The position numbers were made by a program, and so were the translations under genes. Source: Bacillota bacterium (lineage in GTDB: Bacteria; Bacillota_I; Bacilli_A; RFN20; CAG-826). From it: a DNA stretch of 64,000 nucleotides. The notes under the pieces are model-generated. The model did not search any database. It worked only from the letters and a program-made list of their open reading frames with translations, and was not told where the DNA came from. Positions 20,381 to 29,059 of the stretch are shown here, piece by piece. The DNA is taken from contig JAUNOH010000002.1 of assembly GCA_030537155.1 (NCBI GenBank), positions 59,816 through 123,815 of the forward strand, read 5' to 3'. The first letter of the stretch is position 1; the number at the start of each line of letters is the position of its first letter.

Positions 20381-22294
20381 ATGGAAGAGAAATTAACCGA
20401 TCAAGAGCAAGCTAGGCAAGCCAAGCTCCCCAAATATGAAGCCCTGGGCGTCGATCCCTTCGGCAGCCGTTACGACTGGACCGACAGGATCTGCGACATC
20501 AGGAAGAAAGTCGAAGGCAAGACCGCCGAGGATTTAGAGAATAGCCCCATCGAAGTCGATGTGGCCGGCCGTCTGATGGCCATCCGCATGATGGGCAAAG
20601 CCAGCTTCGTCAACCTCAAGGATGAGTTCGGCCAGATCCAGGCCTGGATCGGGCTCAACGTCATCGGCGAGCACGACTACTCCGTTTTCAAATTGGCCGA
20701 TCTGGGCGATATCGTCGGATTGAAGGGGACGTTGATGTTCTCCAAAACCGGCGAGCTAACCATCAGGGTCGAGAAATACACCCACATCAGCAAATGCCTT
20801 AAGCCGCTCCCCGAGAAATACCACGGCCTCACCGACACCGAGGACCGTTATAGGAAGCGTTACCTCGATTTGATCGTCAACGACGAGGCCCGCCGCATCG
20901 CCATCCTCCGCCCCAACATCGTCAAGGCCATCAGGAACTATTGCGACTCCCTCGGCTTCATCGAGGTCGAGACCCCGGTCTTATCGCCGATATTAGGCGG
21001 CGCCGCGGCCCGTCCCTTCATCACCCATCACAATGCCCTAGACCGCGACTTTTACCTGCGAATCGCCACCGAATTGAACCTCAAAAAGTGCATGGTCGGC
21101 GGAATCGACAGGGTTTATGAAATCGGCCGCATCTTCAGGAACGAGGGCATCGACATCAAGCACAACCCCGAATTCACCACCATCGAGCTATACCAGGCCT
21201 ATGGCGACCTCCAGTCCATGCGCGATTGGATGCAGGGCATGGTCCGTTATGTCTGCGAACACGTGATGGGCACCTATGAGCTCGAGTGGAACGGCACCAA
21301 GTTCGACTTCTCCAAACCCTTTGGCTGGGTCTCGATGACCGACGCCATCAAGGAGAAGTGCGGCGTCGACTTCACCAAGGAATATACCTTTGAGGAAGCG
21401 GTGGAGTTAGCCAAAAAGCATAACGTTCCCCTGGAGCCGAGCTGGAACTCCGTCGGCTATATCATTCAGGGCTTCTTCGACGAACTCGTCGAGCCGACCC
21501 TCTTGCAGCCGACTTTCATCCACACCTACCCCATCGAGGTATCCCCGCTCACCAAGAAGAGCCCCGACCCCCGCTTCGTCGAGAGGTTTGAGCTATTCGT
21601 CAACGGGTCCGAGCTCTCCAACGCCTATTCCGAGATCAATAACCCCATCGACCAGAAGGAGCGTTTCTTAGCTCAGTTAGCCGCCCGCGAAAGGGGCGAT
21701 GACGAGGCCAACGAAATGGATTACAGCTTCCTCGATGCCCTGAGTTACGGCATGCCCCCGGCCGGCGGTATCGGCGTCGGCATCGACCGCTTGGTCATGA
21801 TGTTCGCCAATGCGCCGACCATCCGTGAGGTTCTATTGTTCCCGACCCTCAAGACCCTGGGCGAGAAGGAGAGCAAAACCAAAACCTCCCCGGCCCCCGA
21901 AACCCCGGTCAGCAAACCCGATTTCTCCAAGGTTAAGATCGAGCCCCTCTTCACTGAGATGGTCGATTTCGAGACGTTCTCCAAATCCGACTTCAGGGCC
22001 GTTAAGGTCAAGGAATGCGTCGCGGTGGAAAAGAGCAAGAAGCTATTGAAGTTCACCCTCGATGATGGCTCTGGCAACGACCGCGTCATCCTCAGCGGCA
22101 TCCACGAATACTATGAGCCCGAGGAATTGGTCGGAAAGACCTGCATCGCCATCGTCAACCTCCCCCCGCGGAGGATGATGGGGATCGATTCCTGCGGCAT
22201 GCTCATCTCGGCCGTCCACGAAGAAGACGGGCACGAGGGGTTGCACCTGTTGATGGTCGACGAGGCCATCCCGGCTGGCGCCAAACTCTATTAA
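20381..22294 (+). CDS. lysS: lysine--tRNA ligase (class II) with fused C-terminal tRNA-binding (Trbp111/EMAP/CsaA-like) domain
   Basis: 637 aa. N-terminal OB anticodon-binding domain and class II core (FRNEGID..., GGIGVGIDRL). A Pro/Lys linker precedes about 110 C-terminal residues, VKIEPLFTEMVDFETFSKSDFRAVKV...DGSGNDRVILSG. Confidence 0.9.
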   Translation: MEEKLTDQEQARQAKLPKYEALGVDPFGSRYDWTDRICDIRKKVEGKTAEDLENSPIEVDVAGRLMAIRMMGKASFVNLKDEFGQIQAWIGLNVIGEHDYSVFKLADLGDIVGLKGTLMFSKTGELTIRVEKYTHISKCLKPLPEKYHGLTDTEDRYRKRYLDLIVNDEARRIAILRPNIVKAIRNYCDSLGFIEVETPVLSPILGGAAARPFITHHNALDRDFYLRIATELNLKKCMVGGIDRVYEIGRIFRNEGIDIKHNPEFTTIELYQAYGDLQSMRDWMQGMVRYVCEHVMGTYELEWNGTKFDFSKPFGWVSMTDAIKEKCGVDFTKEYTFEEAVELAKKHNVPLEPSWNSVGYIIQGFFDELVEPTLLQPTFIHTYPIEVSPLTKKSPDPRFVERFELFVNGSELSNAYSEINNPIDQKERFLAQLAARERGDDEANEMDYSFLDALSYGMPPAGGIGVGIDRLVMMFANAPTIREVLLFPTLKTLGEKESKTKTSPAPETPVSKPDFSKVKIEPLFTEMVDFETFSKSDFRAVKVKECVAVEKSKKLLKFTLDDGSGNDRVILSGIHEYYEPEELVGKTCIAIVNLPPRRMMGIDSCGMLISAVHEEDGHEGLHLLMVDEAIPAGAKLY

Positions 22295-22302
22295 TATCAA
22301 AC

Positions 22303-22336
22303 GGCGGTTTCCCGATTCGGAAAGCCGCCTTTTGTT
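22303..22336 (+). terminator. rho-independent terminator after lysS
   Basis: GGCGGTTTCC...GGAAAGCCGCC hairpin followed by TTTTGTTTTG. Confidence 0.55.
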
Positions 22337-22612
22337 TTGCCTCAACTATGTTGGATGATGAAAAAGCGTCTTTTTTCTTTTGGGCGTCACGCAACTTTTT
22401 GAACGAGTTTTGACACAAAAGGCGATTTGCCTTCCATTAAATAGTAGGGGGATATGTGCCACCTCCCCCTAACAGGGGCGGAAAAAACTTTTCTTGTAAA
22501 CCCGTTTTGACACCTATAGAATAGGTGGGCTTTCTGGAAGGAGAAAGCACATACTCTTATGGTCGCACAGCCGAGGCTGAGGCGATCCAAAAGACCGAAA
22601 TTAGGAGGTGTA

Positions 22613-22903
22613 ATGATGGGAAAGTACGAGATTATGTACATCTTGACGGCCACCCTCGATGATGAGGCCCGCAAGAATGAAATCGCCAAGCTCAACAAGA
22701 TCCTGACCGATAACAAGATTCAGGTTATCGCCACCAAGGAATGGGGGCTCCGCGACTTCGCCTATCCGATCAAGAAGCAGACCAAAGGCCACTATGTCAT
22801 CCTCACGGTGAACGGCGGCTCCGAGGGCTTAAAGGAATTTGATCGTTTAGTCAAACTCGACCAAGCAGTGCTCCGTCACTTAATCACTGTGGCACAGGAA
22901 TAA
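22613..22903 (+). CDS. rpsF: 30S ribosomal protein S6
   Basis: MGKYEIMYILTATLDDEA... GGAGG RBS 5 nt upstream of ATG 22613. The ORF-track start at 22559 is too long. Confidence 0.9.
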   Translation: MMGKYEIMYILTATLDDEARKNEIAKLNKILTDNKIQVIATKEWGLRDFAYPIKKQTKGHYVILTVNGGSEGLKEFDRLVKLDQAVLRHLITVAQE

Positions 22904-22916
22904 GGAGGACCTAACT

Positions 22917-23363
22917 ATGGTCAATAGCGTTGTCTTAGTCGGTCGCTTAACCCGCGACCCCGAACTCCGTCGGACTCAATCGAATATGAGCGTGGCTTCC
23001 TTCACCCTCGCCTGCGATGAGACCCGCCGCGGCCCCAATGGGGAAAAAACCACCATCTTCATCGGAGTTTCCGTCTTCGGCAATTCCGCCGACTCGGTGG
23101 CTAAATTCACCAGGAAGGGATCGCTTGTCGGAGTAGTGGGGAGGCTCACTCAAAGGAAATACACCAACCGCAACGGCGTTGAGGTCACCGCGACCGAGAT
23201 CGTCGCCAATCAGGTGGAGTTCCTCGAGCCCAAGGGAAATGGACCTACCAATGACGCCGGCTACACTCCCGATGCCCCTTCGCCGAGGATGAGCAACCAA
23301 GCCTCCGAGGCGAGCAGCAACGTGGATTCCATCGACATCGTCGATGACGATCTGCCTTTTTAA
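22917..23363 (+). CDS. ssb: single-stranded DNA-binding protein
   Basis: MVNSVVLVGRLTRDPELR OB fold. C-terminal acidic tail DIVDDDLPF. Sits between rpsF and rpsR. Confidence 0.92.
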   Translation: MVNSVVLVGRLTRDPELRRTQSNMSVASFTLACDETRRGPNGEKTTIFIGVSVFGNSADSVAKFTRKGSLVGVVGRLTQRKYTNRNGVEVTATEIVANQVEFLEPKGNGPTNDAGYTPDAPSPRMSNQASEASSNVDSIDIVDDDLPF

Positions 23364-23390
23364 CCCAAAACACGAAAGGAATTTCTAGCA

Positions 23391-23621
23391 ATGGCTTTCA
23401 GGAAAGTGAAATCCCGCAGGAAGGTCTGCTACTTCAAGAAGAACCACATCAAGTTCGTCGACTACAAGGACGTCGAACTGTTGCAGAAGTTCGTGGCTCC
23501 CGATGGAAAGATCGAGCCCCGCAGCAACACCGGTACTTCCGCCAAGTATCAGAGGCAGCTGGCCAAAGCGGTCAAAAACGCCCGCTTCATGGCTCTGCTC
23601 CCCGAACCCGGACAGAGGTAA
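23391..23621 (+). CDS. rpsR: 30S ribosomal protein S18
   Basis: 76 aa. [25 protein letters not shown] signature. Confidence 0.92.
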   Translation: MAFRKVKSRRKVCYFKKNHIKFVDYKDVELLQKFVAPDGKIEPRSNTGTSAKYQRQLAKAVKNARFMALLPEPGQR

Positions 23622-23637
23622 TCTCAAACCAAGAATC

Positions 23638-23665
23638 GGTCGCCGGAAACGGCGGCCTTTTTCTT
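23638..23665 (+). terminator. rho-independent terminator after rpsR
   Basis: GGTCGCCG-gaaa-CGGCGGCC hairpin followed by TTTTTCTT. Confidence 0.6.
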
Positions 23666-23731
23666 ACTCATTCCGGAGCATAGTTAAAACTATGAGGAAA
23701 AATGGCGGCGAGAGGCTATAATTTGACTACT

Positions 23732-25762
23732 ATGGGAAATTTCATGAGAAAGCTTCGACTCGCCTGCTTTATCGGGTCGCTTATCGAAATCGCCTTCGTC
23801 GGGGTTCTAACCGCCCTATATTTCGTCAATATCCCCTCTGGTATCAGGGAGTATCTGACAACCGGGTTTTGGGTCATCACCCTCTGCTCGATCATGCTCA
23901 TCGATCTGCTATTCTGCGCGATCATCCTCCGTTTAGCGGCCTCCAGCCGCCAGAAGAGCGACCTCAAGGCCGCCGACCTCATCGGGAGCGACGTCCAGGA
24001 AGCCTATAACTTCGGCCAGATCGGCATGGCCGTCACCGACGAGAACGACATCGTCATCTGGACCAACAACCTCTTCAAGGAGAGGAACATCGAGATCCTG
24101 GATAAAAACATTCTCGATTGGCAAAACATCCTCGGCGATCTAAAAGACGGCAATCCGGATCGGACCGCCAATTTGGAGATCGGCACCCATAGCTATGAGG
24201 CCAAATACCTATCCGAGGCCCACCTATTCATCTTCAAAGACACCACCGAGCTCGTCAACCTGACCGCGTATGAACGCGCTCACGCGATGGTCATCGGCAT
24301 GGTCGTCATCGATAACTACGCGGATATCGTCGGCAACACCGAGGACGATAACAACGACATCGTCTCCCGCGTCAGGGCCGAGATCATGAATTACTTCAAC
24401 GACTACCACGTCGTCTTGCGCCGTTTCAGGAACGACTCCTATTTGGCCATCACCAACTACGAGGCCCTCTGCAAGATGGAGGAAGATGGCTTTGATATCC
24501 TCAATAAAACCAGGGCTTTAGCCGGACCAAATGACGTCCGCCCGACTTTATCCATCGGCTTTGCCCACGACTTCCCGGAGCCCGATAAAATCAACGCCAT
24601 GGCCTCGAGCGCCATCGATATCGCCATGTCCCGCGGCGGCGACCAGGCCGTCGTCTCCCAATACAACAAGGAGCTGAAGTTCTTCGGTGGCAAGACCGAA
24701 GCCGTTGAGAGTCAGTCCAAGGTCAAGATCCGTAACTCCGCGGATGGCTTCATCGGTTTGGTCAAAGGAGCCAAAAACGTCTACGTCATGGGCCACGCGG
24801 TGGCCGATATGGACGCCATCGGCGCCTGCTTGGGCGTCATGGCCATCGCCGAATACTGCCACGTTCCCTGCAAAGTCGTCTACGACCCCAAGAACACCGA
24901 AAAGAAAACCCGTCTGGCCTTCCAGAGGGCCTTTGGCAAAATCGAATTGGAGAAGATGACCATCTCCCCCAAGGAAGCCTATGATAGCATCAAAAGCTCA
25001 ACCCTATTGGTCGTGGTCGACGTCTCCGTGCCCGAGAGGACCCACGCCCCCAAGCTATTGGATAAATCCAATAAGACCGTGGTCATCGACCACCATCGCC
25101 GGGCCTCCTCCTTCATCGCCCCGACCGTCCTCGAATACATCGAGCCCTCGGCTTCATCCGCCAGCGAGATTTTGGCGGAGATGATCCGTTATGCGACCGC
25201 CAACCCCCGCATCGAGATCAAGCCGGCCTACGCCACCATCATGCTCTCTGGCATGTTCCTAGATACCAACTTCTTCAAGTCGAAGACGGTTGGCATTTCC
25301 ACCTTCGACGCCGCCGAGGTGCTGAAGACTTATGGCGCCGATAACGGCTTGGCCGACGATTACCTAAAAGACGAGTACGAGGAGTACTCCTTGACCACCA
25401 AGATCGTCTCGACCATGAAGACGCCCTATTACGGGGTCGTCTATTGCTTGGCCGACGATCACGATGTCATCGACAGGGCCGCCATCTCCAAGGTGGCCAA
25501 CCAATTAATGCAGCTTAAGGGCATCAACGCCTCCTTCGTCATCGGCCGCACCGAGCAGGATACGATTTCCATCTCCTGCCGGAGCGACTCCACCATCAAC
25601 GTCCAGCTATTGGCCGAGAAGATGAATGGCGGCGGACACTTCTCAATGTCGGCCGCATCATTTAAGAACCAGACCGTCAGCGGCGTGGAGAACATCCTCC
25701 TCGCCACCTTGGCCACCTATCTGAATGAGGCCAAGTCGTTTGCCCCGAAACAGGAGGATTGA
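23732..25762 (+). CDS. gdpP: cyclic-di-AMP phosphodiesterase GdpP (TM - degenerate GGDEF - DHH/DHHA1)
   Basis: Two N-terminal TM segments. DHH motif VYVMGHAVADMDAIGA. DHHA1 GGGH at the C-terminus. Located between rpsR and rplI as yybT/gdpP is in Bacillus. Start is ambiguous (23702, 23732 or 23744). Confidence 0.85.
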   Translation: MGNFMRKLRLACFIGSLIEIAFVGVLTALYFVNIPSGIREYLTTGFWVITLCSIMLIDLLFCAIILRLAASSRQKSDLKAADLIGSDVQEAYNFGQIGMAVTDENDIVIWTNNLFKERNIEILDKNILDWQNILGDLKDGNPDRTANLEIGTHSYEAKYLSEAHLFIFKDTTELVNLTAYERAHAMVIGMVVIDNYADIVGNTEDDNNDIVSRVRAEIMNYFNDYHVVLRRFRNDSYLAITNYEALCKMEEDGFDILNKTRALAGPNDVRPTLSIGFAHDFPEPDKINAMASSAIDIAMSRGGDQAVVSQYNKELKFFGGKTEAVESQSKVKIRNSADGFIGLVKGAKNVYVMGHAVADMDAIGACLGVMAIAEYCHVPCKVVYDPKNTEKKTRLAFQRAFGKIELEKMTISPKEAYDSIKSSTLLVVVDVSVPERTHAPKLLDKSNKTVVIDHHRRASSFIAPTVLEYIEPSASSASEILAEMIRYATANPRIEIKPAYATIMLSGMFLDTNFFKSKTVGISTFDAAEVLKTYGADNGLADDYLKDEYEEYSLTTKIVSTMKTPYYGVVYCLADDHDVIDRAAISKVANQLMQLKGINASFVIGRTEQDTISISCRSDSTINVQLLAEKMNGGGHFSMSAASFKNQTVSGVENILLATLATYLNEAKSFAPKQED

Positions 25763-25764
25763 AA

Positions 25765-26226
25765 ATGAAAGTCATATTGACCCAAGACGTAAAGAAAGTC
25801 GGCAAGAAGGGTGAGACCGTCACCGTGGCCGATGGCTATGGGAAGAATTTCCTCATCGCCCGTGGCTTAGCCATCCTCTCCACCGATTCCAGCCAGAAGA
25901 GCCTGGCCAAATCCAACGCCCAGGAAAGCGCCCGTCAGGTCGAGCTGAAGAAACAGGCCGAAGTGGTGGCCGAAAAGCTTAAATCCATCAACCTCGAATT
26001 CACCGCCAAGGTGAGCGGCGACGGGAGGATGTTTGGTTCCATCTCGCCTAAGCAAATCGAGGCCGAATTGCTGGAGAAATACGGGATTGAGATCGATAAG
26101 CGCAAATTCATCGACAAATACCCCGCGAATGCCCTGGGATTCACCAGGTTACGGATTGAGCTATATAAAGGCGAGGCGGGCCAAGTTATCGGCACCGTCA
26201 ACGTCCACATATCCGAGGAGAAATAA
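25765..26226 (+). CDS. rplI: 50S ribosomal protein L9
   Basis: MKVILTQDVKKVGKKGETV. GGAGGA RBS before ATG 25765. The ORF-track start is a TTG at 25759. Confidence 0.9.
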   Translation: MKVILTQDVKKVGKKGETVTVADGYGKNFLIARGLAILSTDSSQKSLAKSNAQESARQVELKKQAEVVAEKLKSINLEFTAKVSGDGRMFGSISPKQIEAELLEKYGIEIDKRKFIDKYPANALGFTRLRIELYKGEAGQVIGTVNVHISEEK

Positions 26227-27717
26227 ATGGCCAAGACCATCACCCTTCCCTCCAACGTTGAAGCCGAAAGGGCCTGCCTGGGATCGATGCTGCTCGATGC
26301 CGAGGCCGTGGCCATCGGAACGTCCTCATTGACCGAGGATTCCTTTTCCAACGTCGAACCGAGGAATAAGTTGGTCTTCAGGGCCATCGCCTCGTTATCC
26401 GAAAAGCGCTCCCCCGTCGACCCCCAGACCGTTCACGACGAATTAGTTAACCTAAAGCTCGACCAGGAAGCCGGGAGCCCGGAATATTTGATGACCTGCA
26501 TCGACGCCAGCGTCTCGCCGGATAACATCGATTTCTACATCAAATCCGTCCGTGACCAGGCTTCTTTGCGGAACCTTCTTCTGACGATGCAGGAGATCAA
26601 CGACGACTACGCCGAAAACGGCGTGAGTGACATCTCCGATTTCATCGCCAACGCCTCCAACAAAATCCAGGCCGTCTCCTCCTCGAGGCAGGTCGGCGAC
26701 TTCAAGTCGGCCGGCGAGGTGGCCCAGGCCGTCGTCAACAAAATCGAATCGGCGAAAGCCACCGAGGTAAGGGACGTCACCGGCGTCGACACCGGCTATT
26801 CGAAGATCAACGCCCTCACCCATGGCTGGCAGAAGGAAGATTTAATCATCGTCGCCGCCCGCCCCTCGATGGGCAAGACCGCCTTGACGATGAACTTTGC
26901 CATGAACGCCGCCAAAAGCGGCAAGACCGTGGCCTTCTTCTCCTTGGAGATGTCCTCGATGCTCATCATGCAGAGGATGCTGGCCAATAAAGCCTCCGTC
27001 TCCAATGACTCCATCCAAACCGGCCATATAAGCGAACTGGAAAAGACGAAGCTGGCCTCGGCCGTCAGCCAGATCCAGAACATGAATCTATATATCGATG
27101 ACACCGCCAACTCCAAACTTGGAGACATCATGGCCAAGGCCACGAAACTTAAGGCCCAGCACGATGATTTGGCCTTAGTGGTCATCGATTACCTCGGCAG
27201 GATCTCCACCGGGGATAATAGCAAAAACAAAAATGAATCCCGTGAACGGGAGGTTAGCATCATCTCGGGCTCTTTAAAAACCTTAGCCCGTCAGCTCCAC
27301 GTCCCCGTCATCGTCGTCTGCCAGTTAAATCGCGGCGCCGAACAGACCGAGAGCAAGCGCCCGATGCTTTCTAACCTCCGTGAATCCGGCTCCATCGAGC
27401 AGGATGCCGACTTAGTCTTGTTGCTATATCGTCCCGACTACTATGCCGGCTATGGCAAGAAGAAGAAATCCAACTCCCCCAATCCCCAGCCGGGATCGAT
27501 GGAGGATATGGCCGATGAGAGCATCAAGAATACCCTCAAGGGCGAAGGCGATAACTCGATCATGGAAGTCATCGTCGCCAAAAACAGAAACGGCAAAACC
27601 GGCTCGGTCAACCTGATTTTCGAAAAGGCCTATTCCCGCTTCTCCAACACCTCCAATGAGTTCGACGATAGTTGGGCCAACTACATGGCCAAGCAAAGCG
27701 CCGGCTTCGACGAATAA
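26227..27717 (+). CDS. dnaB: replicative DNA helicase
   Basis: N-terminal ERACLGSMLLD. Walker A ARPSMGKTA. RecA-like core. 496 aa. Immediately downstream of rplI. Confidence 0.93.
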   Translation: MAKTITLPSNVEAERACLGSMLLDAEAVAIGTSSLTEDSFSNVEPRNKLVFRAIASLSEKRSPVDPQTVHDELVNLKLDQEAGSPEYLMTCIDASVSPDNIDFYIKSVRDQASLRNLLLTMQEINDDYAENGVSDISDFIANASNKIQAVSSSRQVGDFKSAGEVAQAVVNKIESAKATEVRDVTGVDTGYSKINALTHGWQKEDLIIVAARPSMGKTALTMNFAMNAAKSGKTVAFFSLEMSSMLIMQRMLANKASVSNDSIQTGHISELEKTKLASAVSQIQNMNLYIDDTANSKLGDIMAKATKLKAQHDDLALVVIDYLGRISTGDNSKNKNESREREVSIISGSLKTLARQLHVPVIVVCQLNRGAEQTESKRPMLSNLRESGSIEQDADLVLLLYRPDYYAGYGKKKKSNSPNPQPGSMEDMADESIKNTLKGEGDNSIMEVIVAKNRNGKTGSVNLIFEKAYSRFSNTSNEFDDSWANYMAKQSAGFDE

Positions 27718-27719
27718 AG

Positions 27720-28475
27720 ATGCGTTTCCTCAATATCGCCAGCGGCTCGAAGGGCAACGCGACCTTAATCTATGAGGGGGACACCCTCATCCAAATAGAT
27801 ATGGGCGTGCGCATATGCGATGCCCGAGAGGCTTTGAAGCGGATAAACAAAAAGATTCCTGACATTCAGGCCCTTTTGATCACCCACGAACATAGCGACC
27901 ACATCAAATCCGTTTATTGCTATCGGGATAGAGTCCCGGTGTACGCCAGCGAGGGTACGATGGAATGCGACTACACCGAGATTAAGCCGTTCTCGCCCTT
28001 TGTGATCGGCGATTTCAACATCGTTCCCTTCTCCACCCATCACGATGCCTTAAATCCCTTGGGCTTTTTAATCGAGGGCCGGGGAGATAGATTGGCCTAT
28101 GTCACCGATACGGGGATGTTGGACGACGAGGTTTTGGAGTTATTGAGGGATTGCGACTATTACTATTTTGAGAGCAACCACGACCTCAAGATGCTGAAGA
28201 AGTCGAAAAGGCCCAAATGGCTGATTGATAGGATAAGGTCCGACTGCGGGCATCTTAATAACGTCGATTCGGCCATCTATATGTCGGAATTGATCGGGCC
28301 CCATACCAAGCAGATTTATCTGGCTCACCTATCCGAGGAGTGCAACACCCCGGAAATCGCCTTAAAAAGCTATTACGACACCTTTGAGAGAAAGGGGATC
28401 GATCATACGAACATCATCATCAAGCCGTGCGCCCAGCATTGCTTCACCTTTGGTGGTGAGGGGGTTTTGGAATGA
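27720..28475 (+). CDS. MBL-fold metallo-hydrolase (YycJ/WalJ-like)
   Basis: HEHSDH metal-binding motif. Start at ATG 27720 just after the dnaB stop. The ORF-track start overlaps dnaB. Confidence 0.8.
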   Translation: MRFLNIASGSKGNATLIYEGDTLIQIDMGVRICDAREALKRINKKIPDIQALLITHEHSDHIKSVYCYRDRVPVYASEGTMECDYTEIKPFSPFVIGDFNIVPFSTHHDALNPLGFLIEGRGDRLAYVTDTGMLDDEVLELLRDCDYYYFESNHDLKMLKKSKRPKWLIDRIRSDCGHLNNVDSAIYMSELIGPHTKQIYLAHLSEECNTPEIALKSYYDTFERKGIDHTNIIIKPCAQHCFTFGGEGVLE

Positions 28476-28951
28476 AGATCTCCATCCACTGCATCGGCTA
28501 TCTTAAAGAGGCGTATTGGAAGATGGCCGTCGAGGAATATCTAAAAAGATTAATGCCCTATGCCCAGGTGAAGATTGAGGAATACCCCGATGTCCCGAGC
28601 AAGGAAAACGCCACCTCAGCCATGCAGGAGAAGGTGAAGGATGAAGAGGGGAATAAGATCCTTAAAAAGCTTAAGGACAACGACTACCTAATCGCCCTCG
28701 ATTTGAATCAAAAACAATACGGATCCGAGGAGTTTTCCGCCCATCTAATGAACGCGATGGAAAAAGGCGGGAGCCACGTCCATTTCGTGATAGGTGGAAG
28801 TCTGGGTTTATCTGACGCTTTAAAGAAAAGGGCCAACGAATCCGTCTGCCTATCGAAGATGACCTTCACCCATCAGATGACGAGGATCATCTTGTTAGAG
28901 CAAATATACCGGGCCTTTAAAATCGCCCATAACGAGCCATATCACAAATAG
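28472..28951 (+). CDS. rlmH: 23S rRNA (pseudouridine1915-N3)-methyltransferase RlmH
   Basis: 159 aa SPOUT fold. MKISIHCIGYLKEAYWKMAVEEYLKRL matches the RlmH N-terminus. ATGA overlap with the upstream gene. Confidence 0.88.
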   Translation: MKISIHCIGYLKEAYWKMAVEEYLKRLMPYAQVKIEEYPDVPSKENATSAMQEKVKDEEGNKILKKLKDNDYLIALDLNQKQYGSEEFSAHLMNAMEKGGSHVHFVIGGSLGLSDALKKRANESVCLSKMTFTHQMTRIILLEQIYRAFKIAHNEPYHK

Positions 28952-28961
28952 TCCATTTCAC

Positions 28962-29053
28962 AAAATTGCAAGAACTTGCAAAAATGTAAAACAAACACAT
29001 CCTATTTACTAAACCGTGATATAATTTTATAAAATTGCAAGAACTTGCAAAAA
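28962..29053 (+). repeat. two perfect 24-nt direct repeats AAAATTGCAAGAACTTGCAAAAAT (28962-28985 and 29030-29053)
   Basis: Read directly. Each copy holds two self-complementary TTGCAA hexamers. The second copy abuts the start of the DUF4143 ATPase gene. An extended -10 TGATATAAT lies at 29018-29026. Confidence 0.8.
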
Positions 29054-29059
29054 TATTCA

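Noticed and set aside
28962-29053. The pair of identical 24-nt repeats was considered as a possible CRISPR array or tRNA-derived att site.
   Set aside because: There are only two copies, with a 44-nt non-repeat spacer, no cas genes, and repeats AT-rich with internal TTGCAA palindromes. A regulatory or iteron-like element is more plausible than CRISPR.
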